From an uncultured delta proteobacterium (GTDB lineage: Bacteria; Desulfobacterota; Binatia; Binatales; Binataceae): a stretch of 64,000 bases of DNA. This document shows, piece by piece, positions 61,597 to 64,000 of this stretch. The DNA lies in assembly GCA_963765675.1 (NCBI GenBank), contig CAVXXK010000006.1, positions 32,001 through 96,000 on the forward strand. The letters run 5' to 3'. Numbering within the stretch: position 1 is the first letter of the stretch; each line of letters starts with the position of its first letter. A program made the position numbers and the translations under genes. Under the pieces are notes generated by a model, which saw only the letters and a program-made list of their open reading frames with translations, did not search any database and was not told the DNA's origin.

Positions 61597-63252
61597 CTAG
61601 CGTGCCGCGTTCGCGGCCTGCTCGGCAGCGATGCGGCTTTCGATCGCGCGTTTCAATTCCGCTTTTTTTATTTTTCCGACATTGGTCAGCGGCATCGCCT
61701 CGATTATCTCGACGCGCTCGGGAAGCTTGAAGCGCGCCAGCCCGCGCTCCGCCAGAAAGCGCGCCAATCCTTCGAGCGACAGGGCGGCGCCGGGAGCGAG
61801 CGTGACGAACGCGCACGCCTTCTCGCCCATCCGCGCATCGGGCATCGCGACCACGGCGGCCGCGATGACGGCGGGATGCGCGATTATGTGCGACTCGACT
61901 TCCTCGGCGCTGATCTTCTCTCCGCCGCGATTTATTTGATCCTTGATGCGGCCCGCGACGACGAGGTTTCCGCTCGCAGTCTGCCGCACCAAATCTCCGG
62001 TGCGGTAGAAGCCATCCACAGTGAAGCAAATTCGATTCTCCGCCTCGGCGCGATAGTAGCCGCGAACAGTACATGGTCCGCGGCACCATAGCTCTCCGAT
62101 CTCGCCACGCGTTGTCTCCCTGCCGTCGGGATCAACCACGCGAATTTCATCGCCGGGCGACGCGGGGCGTCCCTGAGTCGTGCAGGCAAGATCGTCGCCT
62201 TCGTCCAGCCGCGTGTAACACAGCACTCCTTCGGTCATCCCTAAAACCTGCTGAACGCGCAAATTGGGAAACACGCGGCGCAACTCCCGTGCAGTCGGCT
62301 CCTGGAGCCGTTGTCCGCCGACCGTAATCACGCGCAGATTTTCCAGACCATCGCGCGCGTTTTCGGGAAGCAAGAGAATCGAAATGGCGAGCGCGGGAAC
62401 GCATGGAAGATGCGTCGCCTTTTCGACGGCGGCGATCCGTACGATATCGGCGGCCTGCGCCGACTCCGAAAGGATCGTCGTGGCGCCAGTTATCAGCGCG
62501 CCCACCAGGCCGGGCGCTCCGAGCGCAAAATGATGCTCGACCGGCAGCGCGATCAGTACCCGCGACTCGGTCGTGATTCCGCATACGGGAGCCGCAGCCG
62601 CTGCGCCGCACAGATAGTCCGCGTGAGTTCGCGGAATGAGCTTCGGCAATCCTGTCGTTCCGCCGGAGAGCAGAAGTATCGCGAGGTCGAACGGATCTCC
62701 GCCGCGCGAGCCGATCTCGCCGCGTGGTTCGACCGCGGAATCGAGCGAGATGGTCTCGTCGGCAGGTTCGGTGGTGAAAATAGTGCGCAGGTCCGCCGAG
62801 CGTCCGCGCAGTTCACGCGCCAGCGCGGCATGATCGAACCCGCGAAACTGCGGAGCGACCGCGATCGCAGCCGGGCTCGCGAGCGTTATCAGATGCTCGA
62901 GCTCGGCGCGCCGTAGTGCGGGCAGCGCCATCACCGGCACTGCGCCGATCTCGGCGCACGCAAGCATCAGCGTCACGAACTCGACGCAATTTGGAAGCTG
63001 TACGATAATTCGATCGCCGCGCACGATGCCGCGGCTTTCGAGCAGCGCGGCAACGCGGGCCGCCTCGCGCAGCACCGCTGCGAAACCGAGCTTGCGCTGC
63101 CCATCGGCGACCGCGATCGCGTCGGGGCGCTCGGCAGCGTGGCGCCGCGCGGCAGCGCCTATCGCCTGCGCGATCGTCTCGCGCCGCCAGTAGCCTTCGC
63201 GGACGTAGCGCTCGGCGTCCTCAGCCGGATATTGAGTCCATCCGTCAGGCAT
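61597..63252 (-). CDS. Aryl-acid adenylating enzyme (EntE/DhbE-like)
   Basis: LSGGTTGLPKLIPRTHADY, QQVLGMTEG, YRTGD, GRIKDQINRGGEK, VGKI. Confidence 0.88.
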   Translation of the reverse strand: MPDGWTQYPAEDAERYVREGYWRRETIAQAIGAAARRHAAERPDAIAVADGQRKLGFAAVLREAARVAALLESRGIVRGDRIIVQLPNCVEFVTLMLACAEIGAVPVMALPALRRAELEHLITLASPAAIAVAPQFRGFDHAALARELRGRSADLRTIFTTEPADETISLDSAVEPRGEIGSRGGDPFDLAILLLSGGTTGLPKLIPRTHADYLCGAAAAAPVCGITTESRVLIALPVEHHFALGAPGLVGALITGATTILSESAQAADIVRIAAVEKATHLPCVPALAISILLLPENARDGLENLRVITVGGQRLQEPTARELRRVFPNLRVQQVLGMTEGVLCYTRLDEGDDLACTTQGRPASPGDEIRVVDPDGRETTRGEIGELWCRGPCTVRGYYRAEAENRICFTVDGFYRTGDLVRQTASGNLVVAGRIKDQINRGGEKISAEEVESHIIAHPAVIAAAVVAMPDARMGEKACAFVTLAPGAALSLEGLARFLAERGLARFKLPERVEIIEAMPLTNVGKIKKAELKRAIESRIAAEQAANAAR

Positions 63253-63263
63253 AAGTCAGATTC

Positions 63264-63926
63264 TTAACGGTGCGCGATCGATCCGGTGACCATCAGGAAA
63301 ACCTCGTCGATAATTTTCGCGCGTTGCTCGAAGTCGCGGGCCGGTTCATACCAGGTGTAAAACCAGTTCATCGCACCGAACAGCAGCGAGGTGATGATGC
63401 GGCTCTGCTCGCGGTCGAGCGCGCGGCCGCGTCCTTCGGCGAGCTGCTCGACGAGCTTGCGGCACAGGCGCGAGTACTCGCGCTTGAGCCTTGCGATATC
63501 GGCCTGGTAGCGGCCGGAGAGCGAGTCGGCCTCGCGCACCAGCACCTTCATCTCGGCCAGATTGCTCATGTGATATTCGAGATGGCCGGCGATAAACTGT
63601 CGCATCCGGGCGTCGGCTCCAGGAGCCGACCGCGCGGCTTGCTCGGCGCGGCGCAGCAATTCCTCGAAAGCGCGGCGCGAGATCAGGTACAGAATTTCCT
63701 CTTTGTTGCGCAGGTAGTAGTAGATGCGCGGGAACGAGATTCGCGCACGTCCGGCGATATCGCGAATCGACGCGAGGCCGAAGCTCCTCTCCGCAAACAC
63801 TGCTGCGGCCGCGCGCAGGATATGATCGATATTGGCGTCGTAGCGCTGGTCGGGAGCAAGCGCGCGCGACGCCGATTTGATTCGGGCGACGCGCCGGACG
63901 GCGGGCTGAACGATGGCTTTCTTCAA
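63264..63926 (-). CDS. TetR-family regulator (KstR2-like C-terminus)
   Basis: SIRDIA..ARIS...IYYYLRNKEEIL, LFGAMNWFYTWYEP; start uncertain. Confidence 0.85.
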   Translation of the reverse strand: MKKAIVQPAVRRVARIKSASRALAPDQRYDANIDHILRAAAAVFAERSFGLASIRDIAGRARISFPRIYYYLRNKEEILYLISRRAFEELLRRAEQAARSAPGADARMRQFIAGHLEYHMSNLAEMKVLVREADSLSGRYQADIARLKREYSRLCRKLVEQLAEGRGRALDREQSRIITSLLFGAMNWFYTWYEPARDFEQRAKIIDEVFLMVTGSIAHR

Positions 63927-64000
63927 ACGCGATGCCTCCCGTCCAAGGTTTGCCCGCCACGCGCGCGAACGCAAGCTACCCTCCCGCGGTTCACAGATAG

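Overview
GC-rich bacterial chromosomal window with about 55 genes. Gene content (F420-type LLM, PhyH, XdhC, repeat-rich intergenic DNA) resembles soil Binatota/Deltaproteobacteria-like genomes, but that assignment is inference only. In order it contains: an XRE/MmyB regulator, SnoaL protein and hydrolase sharing one operator; a 1.2 kb repeat patchwork; PhyH; a short-chain chromate transporter pair with a CYTH-like gene; gabT; an alternating cluster of 3 sulfotransferases and 3 GT2 glycosyltransferases; a sensor-less sigma-54 activator; tRNA-Lys; DUF3309 and an AI-2E permease fused to a cobalamin-binding domain; RcnR/CsoR-CDF; TetR-mdtABC; a Tad/Flp pilus locus with a sigma-54 promoter; a second paralogous sensor-less sigma-54 activator with its own sigma-54 promoter; XdhC-MocA; an ECF sigma/anti-sigma/Spy triad; assorted enzymes; uppP; glyA; and a TetR / aryl-acid adenylase / heme-oxygenase-like diiron oxidase operon. 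Four apparent 1-nt frameshifts (TetR, cpaC, hydrolase pair, uppP) suggest consensus errors, so two long fusion ORFs in the track are probably artefacts. The best candidates for undescribed systems are the twin orphan activators with the Tad pilus, the sulfated-glycan array, the AI-2E-B12 fusion and the adenylase-diiron oxidase operon. All product calls come from motif reading by eye; no database searches were run.
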